DNA of 64,000 nucleotides from an uncultured Thermoleophilia bacterium (GTDB lineage: Bacteria; Actinomycetota; Thermoleophilia; UBA2241), in assembly GCA_963702475.1 (NCBI GenBank), contig CAVPCT010000004.1, positions 96,001 through 160,000 on the forward strand, written 5' to 3'. Positions 1-9,853 of the stretch are shown here, piece by piece (position 1 is the first letter of the stretch; the number at the start of each line of letters is the position of its first letter). A program made the translations under genes and the position numbers. The notes below the pieces were generated by a model. That model did not search any database. It worked only from the letters and a program-made list of their open reading frames with translations, and was not told the origin of the DNA.

Positions 1-610
1 CACCGCCGGCCAGATGCGCTCCATGATGCCGGCCGTCTCCGCGGTGATCTCGGCGGCGCGCGTCAGGAGCCCGTGCCGCGCCGCCTCGTCCTTGAGCGAC
101 GGCACGTTGATCTCCACGTTGAGGACGCCGCCGGCGACGCCGGAGGCGGCCATCTGCACGGCCACGCCCAGGTCGCTGGCCGCGGCCGTGTTGAAGCCGA
201 CGGACACGGTCTCGGCGAGGCGTAGCAGCTTGAGACACGACTCCGCCGTGGCCAGCGGCACGTCGGCGGCGGTACGGATGGCGACCTGGATCTGCGCCGC
301 GCGCGCCGCCTTCTCGTCGTCGGTCTCCTTGGGCATGCGGAACGCGTCCACCACCCCGAGATAGGCGTCGGTATCGCGGTCGACGGCGGCCAAGAGGCCG
401 GCGCGCAGCTTGTCCGCGGCTGCGAGCGAGTCGCGCAGGACGGGCTCGCGTTCCTCGAGCTCCGCCTTGCCGACGCTGAGCTTGCAGACCATGGCCACGA
501 GGCCGGCGGCCATGCCGCCGGCGGCCGCGGCCACGCTGCCGCCGCCGGGGGCGGGCGAGTCGGACGCGAGCTCGGCGGCGAAGCCGGTGAGGGTCAGGTC
601 AGATGAGCAT
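1..610 (-). CDS. Formiminotetrahydrofolate cyclodeaminase/cyclohydrolase family protein (FTCD C-terminal domain); runs off the window edge; 1-nt frameshift near 601
   Basis: Manual translation: MLI/DLTLTGFAAELASDSPAPGGGSVAAAAGGMAAGLVAMVCKLSVGK, with the family PGGGS signature; GGAGGAG RBS upstream of ATG at 610. Not in the ORF track. Confidence 0.85.
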
Positions 611-685
611 GTGCTCCTCCGGGTCTCGATTCGGGTTGACCAGCGGCGCACCGGCACGGGGCCGGGACGGGGGCCGAGTGAGTCG

Positions 686-739
686 TGCCCGGCCGCCCGC
701 GGCGCCGCCCGGCCGGGCGGCGCCGCGGGCGGCCGGGCA
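686..739. repeat. Perfect 54-bp palindrome (27-bp arms, no spacer) just downstream of larA
   Basis: TGCCCGGCCGCCCGCGGCGCCGCCCGG followed directly by its reverse complement. Confidence 0.9.
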
Positions 740-743
740 GCGC

Positions 744-2050
744 TCATCCTACGACGGGCAGACAGTCGCCGCCGTACGGCAGCAGGCCGATCGTGCCACC
801 GGGCTGCAGCTGCAGGGCCCGGTCGACGGCGGCCTGCAGGTCGATGTGGCGCTCGTAGCCCAGCAACTCGCACATCGTCGTCGGACAGGCCGTCGCTCAC
901 CAGCAGGATCGCGGCCTTCTCGCGGATCTTGGCGTTGTCCACGCCCAGATCCGCGGCGATGACGTCGATCTCCCGGTCGCTGGGGTCGGCGGCCTTCACC
1001 AGCTCGATGCCGTGGGCGAACGTCTGCTGCAGCCAGAACCGAAGCCTGGGGTGGTTGTGCTCGAGGCCCTCGGGGCACGGCGAAGCGAACACGATGACGC
1101 CGCCTTCCTTCACCGCGAAGTACGCGGCGATGAGGCCCTTCTCGCCCTGCCACCACTCGATGTCGGCCGGATACGAGCTCACGATGACGATGTCGGCCGG
1201 CTCCGGCACACGGACGCCCCAGGCACGCCGGGACACCTCGACGCCGGCGCGGTGCGCCTCCACGCAGTCCCCCGCGACGATCTCCACGATCTTGTGGTAC
1301 GGGTCCTGAACGACGTTGACGATGAACGCCAGGCCGACGATGCGCGCGACCTCTTCCATACCGCGGCGGCAGGGTGTGTCCACCTCGCCCAGCGGGATCT
1401 CCGGCAGCACGGTGGCCGTGACGTGCGTGGCGGCGGTGGTCGCGAACCCGCAGACGCCCGGCTGGACGATCTTGGCGCCGCCGGCGTACCCGGCGCCGCA
1501 GTGCGGGATGATGTTGCCGAGCCCGATGAGGAGGTCGGCATCCATGGCGGTGCGGTTCACCTGCACGGGGATGGTGTAGCCCTCGCCGGCGCTGATCGCG
1601 CCGAGGTCCACGAGCTGGTCCTCGTCGTTGAAGTCGTGCTGCGAGATGTGCACGCGGCCGAGGGCCTCCTCGCCCACTTTGGCCAGGATCTCGTCGTCGG
1701 TCATCAGCCGATGCGTGCCGGGCGCGGTGAGGATCTCGATGTGGTCGTCGGTCACGCCGGCGGCGTTCAGCTCGTCGAACAGCACCGGCAGGATGCGGTG
1801 GACCGGGGTCGTGCGCGTAGCGTCCTCGACCAGGACGACGACCTTGAGCTTGCCCGCCGCGAGCTCCGCGAGCGGCGGCGTGCCGATGGGGGCGCGGAGC
1901 CGCGCTCGCAGCGTGGCGGCGAAGTCCTCGATCTCCGGCAGCTCCTCCATCTCGCCGGTGAAGACGATGCTGCCGGCCGGGACCTCGGCCGAGACCGTCC
2001 GGCGCTTCGCCGTACGGGAGCTCGATGACGGTGCGTTCGTCCGCGACCAT
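744..2050 (-). CDS. larA: LarA-family nickel-pincer-dependent 2-hydroxyacid racemase/epimerase (frameshifts near 2005 and 870)
   Basis: Joined frames give VVLVEDATRTTP, APGTHR, IIPHCGAGYAGGAKIVQPG, SSYPADI, CPEG and C-terminal GLLPYGGDCLP; TGA at 744-746. Confidence 0.8.
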
Positions 2051-2060
2051 GCCTGAGGCC

Positions 2061-2507
2061 TCAGGCGCCGGCGGGCGCAGCCGCCCCGGCGCCGCCTTTG
2101 GTCACCGTGATCGTCCCGGCGGTCGCGTCGACCCTGACGGCGTCACCGTTCTCGAGAGCCTCGTAGAAGCCCTCTTCGACCTCGTCCACCAGCGGGATCT
2201 CCATGGCGATGATGGTGGAGACGATCACCGGCTCCGGCCGCTCCAGCACCACGGCGGCCGGCGCGACGTTGTTGATGATCAGGCGATACAGGCCGTCGGC
2301 CTGGACGACCGAGCTGCCTTTGCCCGTCGGCATCACGAGCACCCGGCCTGCGACGCTCTGGCAATCGAGCGCGTGGCCCTTCTCGATGACCGTGCCGGTG
2401 GTCGGGTCGCAGAGCGCGAAGCAGAGGGCGTCCTTCGACAGCAACGCGGAGCCTTCGCCGGCGCCCTCGGAGATGCAGCGGCAGGAGAAGGTGAGCTGCT
2501 CGGCCAT
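2061..2507 (-). CDS. Aconitase X small (swivel) subunit, DUF126
   Basis: MAEQLTFSCRCISEGAGEG...DPTTGTVIEKGHAL...VLVMPTGKGSS; start overlaps the large-subunit stop. Confidence 0.88.
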   Translation of the reverse strand: MAEQLTFSCRCISEGAGEGSALLSKDALCFALCDPTTGTVIEKGHALDCQSVAGRVLVMPTGKGSSVVQADGLYRLIINNVAPAAVVLERPEPVIVSTIIAMEIPLVDEVEEGFYEALENGDAVRVDATAGTITVTKGGAGAAAPAGA

Positions 2508-3721
2508 CAGTGGACCTCCCCGGCGATGGCGGCTTCGACGGCCTGCATCAGCGGCCGCACCGCATAGTCCTGTCCGTACACCTGGCAGTAGAAGGCGCAC
2601 TTCTGCGACTCGGTGACGCCGGGCCTGCCGTAGTAGATGTCCCAGCAGCCGGGCACGTCCATGCAGGTGTCGGGCAGGACGTGCCCGCCGGCGCGCTGGA
2701 TCGTCGCCAGGTGGCCCATGCGGTCGGCGAGCTCCAGCGTCAGGCTGCTGACCAGGAGCCAGGTGTCCACCGCGAAGCGGCGGCCCTGGAGCTGCTCGGC
2801 GATCTCGCCGATCTGGCGGATGGTGAGGTGCGGGCAGCCGAACATGGCGTACTCGATCGGCCCCGGCGTGCCGGCGAACTGCTCGCGCACGCGCTCGAGG
2901 TCGGCCTGCGTGATCTTCACAGTCGCCTTGGGAGCCTTGCCGCCGAGGGCCGTGTCCACATCCGGGGCCTCGGGAGTGATGCCGGCGATGTGGTACATGG
3001 CGACGGAGCCGGACGTCGCCAACTCGGCGCCGAACTGCACGAAGCCCTCCGGTGTGGCGCGCTTCGTGATGCCGGTGAACACCGGCACCTCGCCGCCCTT
3101 GTACACCTGCGGGTAGGCGTAGCCGAGCAGGTGCCAGTCGAAGTCCTCCTCGACCTTGGCCTCGACCTCCACGACGACCTCGGCCAGGCGGTTCTCGTCG
3201 AGCAGGAACCCGTACTCGGGCACCCGGCCGGTCACGGCCGCGCACAGCGCGCTGATGGACGACTCGCGGTTGCTGCGCGCGCCGAGCACGGAGTTCACGT
3301 ACGGCGTGGCGCTCGACTCCGAGAAGGCGACGATCTCGCCGAAAGCCGGCACGTTCTTCTCGATCTCCGGCGTGCAGCTCAGCGTCATGATTGCGCCGAT
3401 CCTGCGGTACGCAGCGTTGCTCTTCGTCACGTTGTCGAGGCCGAACTGGTCCATCGCCCAGAGGTGGTCGGAGACGTAGTCCAAGTCCATGCTCGGGTTC
3501 GTCGTGGGCGGGACGATGCAGCGCGCGCCGCCGTCCACCAGCTTGGTCACGAAGTAGATGTCGCCCTGCTGGGCGCTGGCCGCGACATGCGCCCGGGTGA
3601 TGGGCACCATGCGCTTGGCGTAGAAGGCGCGGCCGGTTCCGACCTGCACCTTCATGGCGAGGGCCATGCCCTCCCCGTACTTGCCGTCGAGCATCTCCTG
3701 CTCGAAGGTCGTCAACTCCAT
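2507..3721 (-). CDS. Aconitase X large (catalytic) subunit, DUF521
   Basis: MELTTFEQEMLDGKYG, TTNP, SCTP, FSESSA, NSVLGARSNRES, GCPH, DTCM. Confidence 0.9.
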   Translation of the reverse strand: MELTTFEQEMLDGKYGEGMALAMKVQVGTGRAFYAKRMVPITRAHVAASAQQGDIYFVTKLVDGGARCIVPPTTNPSMDLDYVSDHLWAMDQFGLDNVTKSNAAYRRIGAIMTLSCTPEIEKNVPAFGEIVAFSESSATPYVNSVLGARSNRESSISALCAAVTGRVPEYGFLLDENRLAEVVVEVEAKVEEDFDWHLLGYAYPQVYKGGEVPVFTGITKRATPEGFVQFGAELATSGSVAMYHIAGITPEAPDVDTALGGKAPKATVKITQADLERVREQFAGTPGPIEYAMFGCPHLTIRQIGEIAEQLQGRRFAVDTWLLVSSLTLELADRMGHLATIQRAGGHVLPDTCMDVPGCWDIYYGRPGVTESQKCAFYCQVYGQDYAVRPLMQAVEAAIAGEVH

Positions 3722-3734
3722 AGGAGCTCCCTTC

Positions 3735-4691
3735 TCAGGCGGGAGGGGCGGCCACGTTGCACGGCTTTCCCTCGATGAAGCGCACGGCATTGTCGGTGCA
3801 GGCGGCAGCCAGCCTCGTGCTGGCCTCGCCGGTGTTGAACCCGATGTGGGGGGTGAGGACCACGTTCTCCAGCGTGAAGAAGCCGGCGGCGCTGGGGTCG
3901 GCCAGATCGAAGACGTCCAAGCCGGCGCCGGCGATGCTCCCGCAGGCGAGCGCCTCGTACAGGGCGGCCTGGCGGACAAGACCGGCTCTCGCCGTGTTGA
4001 CGAGCACGCCGTGCCCGGGCATGCGCGCCAGGAGTGGCGCGTCGACCATGTCCCGTGTCTCAGCCGTCAGCGGCGCGTGCAGGCTGACCAGGTCGCTGTC
4101 GGCGAACAGCCGGTTCAGCGGCAGATACGTCGCTCCGGTCTCGGCCACGAGGGCGTCCGAGCGGACGACGTCGTGGGCAAGGATCGTCATGCCGAACGCG
4201 TGACCCAGCGTGGCGACGCGCCGGCCGATGGCGCCGGTGCCGACCACGCCGAGCGTGCTGCCGCACAACTCGCCGCCGCGGAACCGATCCCAGTCGCGCT
4301 CGCGCCTGTCGCGAAAGAAGCGGTCGGCGGCCGCGACCTTGCGCTTGACGGCGAGCATGAGCCCGAGGGCGAGCTCCGCGACGGCGTTGGTGGCGTACTC
4401 GGGCACACGGCAGACGACCACGCCGCGCCGCGCCGCCGTCTCAACGTCCACCGTGTCGACACCCGTAGCCGCCAGAGAGATCATGCGCAGCCGCGGCAGC
4501 CGCTCGAGGGCGGGCGCGTCCATCCGTGCCCAGCAGCACAGCACGACCTCGGCGTCGCCCGCCCGCTCGACCAGCTCGTCGTCGTCGCGAGGAACGCCCT
4601 CGTAGACGCGCACGTCACCGAGTGCCGAGAGACGCGCGAGGTTCTCGTGGCCGAGGTCGAAGTCGTCGAGGACGACGATGCGCATGGGCAC
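3735..4691 (-). CDS. D-isomer-specific 2-hydroxyacid dehydrogenase (glycerate dehydrogenase-like)
   Basis: ATGVDTVD, YATNAVAE, GVVGTGAIG, LHAPLT, NTAR, LDVF, TPHIG. Confidence 0.9.
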   Translation of the reverse strand: MPMRIVVLDDFDLGHENLARLSALGDVRVYEGVPRDDDELVERAGDAEVVLCCWARMDAPALERLPRLRMISLAATGVDTVDVETAARRGVVVCRVPEYATNAVAELALGLMLAVKRKVAAADRFFRDRRERDWDRFRGGELCGSTLGVVGTGAIGRRVATLGHAFGMTILAHDVVRSDALVAETGATYLPLNRLFADSDLVSLHAPLTAETRDMVDAPLLARMPGHGVLVNTARAGLVRQAALYEALACGSIAGAGLDVFDLADPSAAGFFTLENVVLTPHIGFNTGEASTRLAAACTDNAVRFIEGKPCNVAAPPA

Positions 4692-4748
4692 AGCTCCGGA
4701 TCGCGGTGGTGGCGCGGCGCGCCCTGGCGTCGCCGCAGTGCATCGCCC

Positions 4749-4857
4749 ATCATGAACGCGGCGGGGGAGGGGTCAACCGGCGGCCTCTCGCCCGTCCACG
4801 CACGTGGACGGAAAAGGAGCGCGTACCGATTGACGACCGCGCCACGGGGGCTATGCT
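4749..4857. promoter_or_regulatory. Candidate divergent sigma70-type promoters flanking a palindromic operator
   Basis: + strand TTGACG(4830-4835)-N16-TATGCT(4852-4857); - strand TTGACC(4776-4771)-N16-CATGAT(4754-4749); inverted repeat CCGTCCACG-ca-CGTGGACGG at 4792-4811. Confidence 0.55.
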
Positions 4858-4981
4858 GTCCGCAGACCGGCTCCGTGCCTCGGGACCCTGCTCACGGGCC
4901 CCCGCCCGGGCCCCTCGCCGGGGGGTCAGGGCCACGCGGACGCCGCCTATCGCCTTTCCCCTCGCCCCGACTGGAGGACAC

Positions 4982-6397
4982 ATGCCTGCCTATCGCCTGC
5001 GCACCACGGCTCTCGACGAGGAGGGGTGCGCCGCCGTCCACGCGGCGACCGTCGAGATCCTCGAGAAGACCGGCGTGGAGGTGCGGCACGACGGCGCCCT
5101 GCGGCTGCTGAGCGACGCCGGCGCGCAGGTGGACGGCACGCGCGTGCGCATCCCGGCGGCGCTCGTGGACGACGCCCTCGCCGCCGCGCCGCGCACCGTT
5201 ACCATGGCCTCGCGCGGCGAGACCGGCGCGCTCGCGCTGAAGGCCGGTCCCGTCTACTACGGCTCCGGCTCCGACTGCCTCGTCTGTCTGGGGCCGCACA
5301 CCCGCGAACGCCGCATGGTCTCACTCGACGACGTGGAGCAGATGGCCGCTCTCCAGGAGCACCTGCCCAACACCGACTTCGTGATGAGCATGGCGCACCC
5401 GCACGAACTGCCGGCCTCGTTCGCCCCAGCCGCGCAGTTCGCGGCCATGCTGCGCGGCACGTCCAAGCCGCTCATCATGGTGCCGGAGGTGGCCGCGGAC
5501 ATCGACCTGTTCCACGAGATGGCGGCCGTGTGCGGCTCCGCCGGCAGCTGGGCGCTGTACGCCATGCCCACGCCGCCGCTGGTGCACGGCGAGCACTCGG
5601 CGGCACGCCTCATCCGCTGCGCGGAGCTGGGCGTGCCGATGGTGTACGCCTCGGCGACGCTGCAGGGAGCGACCGGGCCCGCGTCGCGCGCCGGGCAGAT
5701 CGTGCAGACCAACGCCGAGATGCTGAGCGGCCTTGTGGTCAGCGAGCTCGCTGTGCCGGGCGCCCCGTTCGTGTACGGCGTCGCCCAGGGCGCCATGAAC
5801 CCGCGCACGGCGCACGTCGTCTACTGCGCGCCGGAGAGCATGGCCGTCCAACAGGCCTCCGCCGACCTGGCCGGCTTTTACGGCCTGCCCACATTCGGCT
5901 ACGGCGGCTGCTCTGACTCGCTCGCGCTCGACGAGCAGTGGGCCTTCGAGGCGGGTATGACGCTGCTCACCGCGGCACAGGCCGGTGTCACCCTGCTGCA
6001 CGACATCGGCTACGTGGCGTCGGGCACGGCCTCGTCCTACGAGACCATGGTCGTGCTGGACGAGCTCGTCGGCTGGGTGAAGGCGTACCTCGACGGCGTG
6101 ACCATCGACCCCGAGGCTCTGGCGCTGGAGGAGATCGACGCCGTGGGCCCGGGCGGGAGTCACCTGTCGCGCAAGTACTCCCGCCGGCACCTGCGCGACT
6201 ACGTAGCGCCACGCCTGATCTCGCAGGACCAGTACGACGCATGGCAGGCACGCGGCGGCGACACCCTGCTCGACCGCACCGCCGAGAGAACACGCGAGCT
6301 GCGTGAGGCGCCGCGGGCGTATGAGCTCGGCGAGGACGCGGCGGCGGCGCTGGACGCGCTGGTGGAGAAAGCGCGGACGGCGGCGCTGGGCAGCTGA
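4982..6397 (+). CDS. MttB-superfamily methyltransferase #1 (non-pyrrolysine)
   Basis: GGAGGA RBS; ILEKTGV, YYGSGSD, GATGPAS.AG, PGAPFVYG, GYGGCSDS..DEQ, LLHDIGY, VGPGGSHL. Confidence 0.92.
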   Translation: MPAYRLRTTALDEEGCAAVHAATVEILEKTGVEVRHDGALRLLSDAGAQVDGTRVRIPAALVDDALAAAPRTVTMASRGETGALALKAGPVYYGSGSDCLVCLGPHTRERRMVSLDDVEQMAALQEHLPNTDFVMSMAHPHELPASFAPAAQFAAMLRGTSKPLIMVPEVAADIDLFHEMAAVCGSAGSWALYAMPTPPLVHGEHSAARLIRCAELGVPMVYASATLQGATGPASRAGQIVQTNAEMLSGLVVSELAVPGAPFVYGVAQGAMNPRTAHVVYCAPESMAVQQASADLAGFYGLPTFGYGGCSDSLALDEQWAFEAGMTLLTAAQAGVTLLHDIGYVASGTASSYETMVVLDELVGWVKAYLDGVTIDPEALALEEIDAVGPGGSHLSRKYSRRHLRDYVAPRLISQDQYDAWQARGGDTLLDRTAERTRELREAPRAYELGEDAAAALDALVEKARTAALGS

Positions 6398-6639
6398 CGG
6401 CGGGCGCCGTACCACCGCACCGACCGTGCCCGCGTCGCGCTCCTCGCGACTGGTTGTATTCTGCAACGAACCGCGAGGAGCCCGCATCGGTGACGATGGG
6501 CTCGGGCGGGAGACAATGCGGCGCGACTGGACGCAGGCCGGAAAGCCGAGCCGGCCCGCTCGGCCCGGGCGGCTGCCGACCGGGCCGAGCGGTCGCGGGC
6601 GGTAGCCGTCTACGCGGCCTGCCGGCGCCCAGGGATGAG

Positions 6640-8067
6640 TCAGGCGAAGGCGCCGGCGCGGATGAGTTCGCGCACCGGGTCGACGTCCACCGGCGGAGGC
6701 GTGCCCGGCACGAGCGGAGGCACGACCTCGCGGATGCGCTCGTAAGCAGCCGCGGTGCCGCAGCCGAGCGGACCGGCGCCGCGGGTGTCGACGGCCTGCG
6801 CCGCGACCAGCAGCTCGACGGCGACGATCGCCTCACCGAGCTCGACCTGCTCGGCCAGCTTGCGGGCAGAGAGCGGCAGATGCGTGGCGTGGTCTTCGAT
6901 GCCCTCGGCGCCCGAGCTGCTTGCGAGAGCGAACGACACCGGCTGCGCGAGTGCGCCGGCCTCCACCGTGAGTGACTCAGCCGTGATGGCGAGGATGCTG
7001 AGGCCAAGGTCGGGGCCGGGCTCGGGCATCAGCCCGGTCGGCAGCCCCGACCAGAGCGAGTCGAGCAGCTTCATGCTTCGCTCGGTCGCGGCGACGAGCA
7101 TGCCGGCGAGGGCGGCGCGCATGTAGTCGAGCGCCGCCGACAGCGCCAGCACCTCGTACACGGAGGCCGACCGGATCACGCATTCGTCGGCGAACACGAC
7201 GGGGTTCACCTGCGCGCAGCGCAGCTCGACCTCGAGCCGCTCGACGGCGTGCTCGAGCGCAGTGCGAGCCGCGGACTGGATCGGCCCCGTGCTGCGGTAC
7301 GTCAGCGGGTCCTGCAGGTTGCGCGCCGCTCCCTCAGCCCACAGGTAGCTGCCGTCCAGCAGCCCGCGCATGCGAGCGAAGGTACGTGCCAGGACGGGAT
7401 CCGGGCGGGCGCGCTCGACCGCGGGGTGCAGCGGAGAGAGGTTGGCGGCGAACCCCTCGAGCGCGAGGGCGCCGCCCACGTCGGCCGCGTCAACGAGGCG
7501 GGCGGCGTCGGCCAGCGCCAGCGCCGCCCGGCCGGTCCCGAAGGCGCTCGTGTTGAACAGGGCGAGGCCCTCACCCGGCGCCAGGTCCGTGCCGCCGAAG
7601 ACCTCGGCCACGAGGTCGGCCATCGGCGGCAGGTCGCTGGCGCCCAGCGAGCCCAGCGAGCGGACCCGCGGCCTCTCATCCTCGTTCAGCGCCTCCACGA
7701 GGCGCTCCGCGAGGACCGGCCGCAGGCAGGTGAAGCCCGCCGCCATCTGGTTGGCGAACACCACCATGGCGGCGCGCACCACGTCGGCCGGCGCCAGCGG
7801 GCCGACGCCGCTGCGCGTCTCCTGGATCTGGCGCCACTCGAAGGCGGCGTCGTCCGCGGCCACCGTGACGCGCTTCTGCACGCCAAGCCCCGTGGTGAGC
7901 CCGTACGTGGGCGTGCCGGCCTCCCACGTGGCGTCGGCGACCGTGCGGGCGCGCCTCATGCGCTCAACGGCTTCGCCGTCGAGCTCGACGCGGGTCCCGC
8001 CGCGCGCGACCGCGACCACGTCGGCGAGCGTGAGGTCCTGCCCCGTGAGGATCACCGCCATCGTCAC
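6640..8067 (-). CDS. Aromatic amino acid lyase superfamily protein lacking the ASG/MIO motif (ergothionase-like amine lyase)
   Basis: YGLTTGLG, GVGP, GSLGASDL (no Gly), GEGLALFN, QDPLTYR, EGIEDH, AAQAVD. Confidence 0.85.
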   Translation of the reverse strand: MTMAVILTGQDLTLADVVAVARGGTRVELDGEAVERMRRARTVADATWEAGTPTYGLTTGLGVQKRVTVAADDAAFEWRQIQETRSGVGPLAPADVVRAAMVVFANQMAAGFTCLRPVLAERLVEALNEDERPRVRSLGSLGASDLPPMADLVAEVFGGTDLAPGEGLALFNTSAFGTGRAALALADAARLVDAADVGGALALEGFAANLSPLHPAVERARPDPVLARTFARMRGLLDGSYLWAEGAARNLQDPLTYRSTGPIQSAARTALEHAVERLEVELRCAQVNPVVFADECVIRSASVYEVLALSAALDYMRAALAGMLVAATERSMKLLDSLWSGLPTGLMPEPGPDLGLSILAITAESLTVEAGALAQPVSFALASSSGAEGIEDHATHLPLSARKLAEQVELGEAIVAVELLVAAQAVDTRGAGPLGCGTAAAYERIREVVPPLVPGTPPPVDVDPVRELIRAGAFA

Positions 8068-8310
8068 TCCCTTCGCATCGCCGCCGAGGCCTCTCTACCC
8101 GCGGGTCTGCCCCGCCACGGCGTCCTCCTCGCCCACTCCGAGCACGTCGCGACAGTATCGCACGCCCTCCTCCAACGCGGCCTCCGCGGCGGCGAGAGCT
8201 GTGCCCATGTCAGCGAAGGGGATATCGGGAACGCTGAGGCGGAGCAGCACGGTCACTGCCGCCGGGTCGTGTGCGGCGGGGGAGGGGCTCGCGCCCGCGC
8301 CCGCCGACCG

Positions 8311-9726
8311 TCACGCGTCGGCCGCGGCGAGCTCCGCTGCCACGATGGCGTCCAGCTCGGCCACCTGCCCCGGTTCAAGCTCGAACGCGCGCGGCTCGCT
8401 GCGCAGACGCGCGACCATGGCGCGCACGCGGTCCAGCATGGACCGCGCGCCCTCGCTCGTCCAGCGGTCGAAGCCGGTGTCGTCGAACAGCTGGCTGCTC
8501 CAGAACTCCCGGTAGTGACGGCGCGTGTACTTGGTGCTCAGGTGGTTGCCGCCCGGCCCCGCCGCGCGGATCTCGTCCAGCGCCAGCGAGTACTCGTCCA
8601 CCGGCACCTCGCGCAGGAACGCCCTGGCGTACCCGGCCAACTCGTCGCCGAGCACGATGGACTCGTAGGAGCTCTGCATGCCGTCCTCGAGGTAGCCGAC
8701 GTCGTGCAACAGCGTGGCTCGCGACAGGGCGCCGAGCATGGTGGTCAGCGCCGACTCGGCGGCCCACTGCTCGTCGAGGATCTTGGACTCGGAGTTGCCC
8801 GCGTACGAGAAGCTCGGCAGGCGGTAGAAGCGCGCCAGGTCGCAGCAGGCCTGGAGCGCCAGGACGGCCTCGGGCAGCGTGTACGGGTCGCCGTTCATGG
8901 TGCGCATGTCCATGGCGCCGCCGCCGGCCCCGTAGACGAATGGCGCGCCGGGGCGTACGTGCTGGTGCAGCACGAGGCCGCTGAGCACCTCCGCGTTGGC
9001 GACGAGCACGGTCGCGGTGACCGACCGCGGCGCCGTGGTGCCCGCCTGCGGTGCCGGGGCGTAGATCAGCGGGATCTGCAGCTCGGCGCAGCCGACCACC
9101 TTGGAGAGCGCCTCGGCGTCGTGCTGCAGCGGCGGCGAGGGCATCGCGTAGACGACGATGCTCTCAGCCTCTCCGGCCACGGCGGCCATCTCGCGGATGC
9201 GCGCGAGCCGCCGTCCGTTGATCGGCGTGAGCAGGACCGGCTTGCGCGTGCCCTTGAGCAGCGCCGCCACGTGTGCCACGTCGTCGACCACGGGGTCGAC
9301 GTCCTCGGGCGACGCCATGGTCATTGCGAAGTCCATGTGCGGCAGCTTCTCGGCGAGCGCCGCCATGCCCTCGGTGTCCGCCAGCACCGCCCGGCGGCGC
9401 TCGTTCGTGTCGGGGTCGCACACGTACAGGCAGTCCGACCCCGTGCCGAAGTAGCTGGCGCCGTCCCGCAGCTGCAGCGGCGCCGTATCGCCCCCACGCG
9501 GCTTGACGACCCACTCACGCGGCGCCGCGGCCAGCGCCCTCTCGACCAGCTCTGGCGAGAATCGCACGCGGGTCCCCTGCACGTCCGCGCCAAGCTCGGC
9601 GAACAGGCGCAGCGAGGCCTCGTCCTGCAGCACCTCGACCCCCACCTCGGCCAGCAGCGTGAGCGTGGCTTCGTGGAGCCGCCTGCAGTCGGCCTCGTCC
9701 CAGAGCGTGAGCGTCGCGGTCGGCAT
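8311..9726 (-). CDS. MttB-superfamily methyltransferase #2 (non-pyrrolysine)
   Basis: MPTATLTLW, YFGTGSD, AGTTAP, PGAPFVYG, SYAGNSESK..DEQ, LLHDVGY, GPGGNHL. Confidence 0.92.
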   Translation of the reverse strand: MPTATLTLWDEADCRRLHEATLTLLAEVGVEVLQDEASLRLFAELGADVQGTRVRFSPELVERALAAAPREWVVKPRGGDTAPLQLRDGASYFGTGSDCLYVCDPDTNERRRAVLADTEGMAALAEKLPHMDFAMTMASPEDVDPVVDDVAHVAALLKGTRKPVLLTPINGRRLARIREMAAVAGEAESIVVYAMPSPPLQHDAEALSKVVGCAELQIPLIYAPAPQAGTTAPRSVTATVLVANAEVLSGLVLHQHVRPGAPFVYGAGGGAMDMRTMNGDPYTLPEAVLALQACCDLARFYRLPSFSYAGNSESKILDEQWAAESALTTMLGALSRATLLHDVGYLEDGMQSSYESIVLGDELAGYARAFLREVPVDEYSLALDEIRAAGPGGNHLSTKYTRRHYREFWSSQLFDDTGFDRWTSEGARSMLDRVRAMVARLRSEPRAFELEPGQVAELDAIVAAELAAADA

Positions 9727-9798
9727 GGGGGTCCTTTCGGTCGGCGGCGCCGAGCGGCGCGGGAGCGCCGCAGAGGCGCCGGCGGGGGAGGGGGCACC

Positions 9799-9842
9799 GG
9801 CCGGGGGGAGGGAGCCGTAGTACGCGCTCCCTCCCCCCGGCC
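9799..9842. terminator. 17-bp GC-rich stem-loop downstream of SBP gene (terminator or mRNA stabiliser)
   Basis: GGCCGGGGGGAGGGAGC-N10-GCTCCCTCCCCCCGGCC. Confidence 0.6.
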
Positions 9843-9853
9843 CAGCGGTCATG

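Noticed and set aside
2061-3721. Archaeal-type mevalonate pathway
   Set aside because: No mevalonate kinase, UbiD-like decarboxylase or HMG-CoA genes nearby; context is catabolic.
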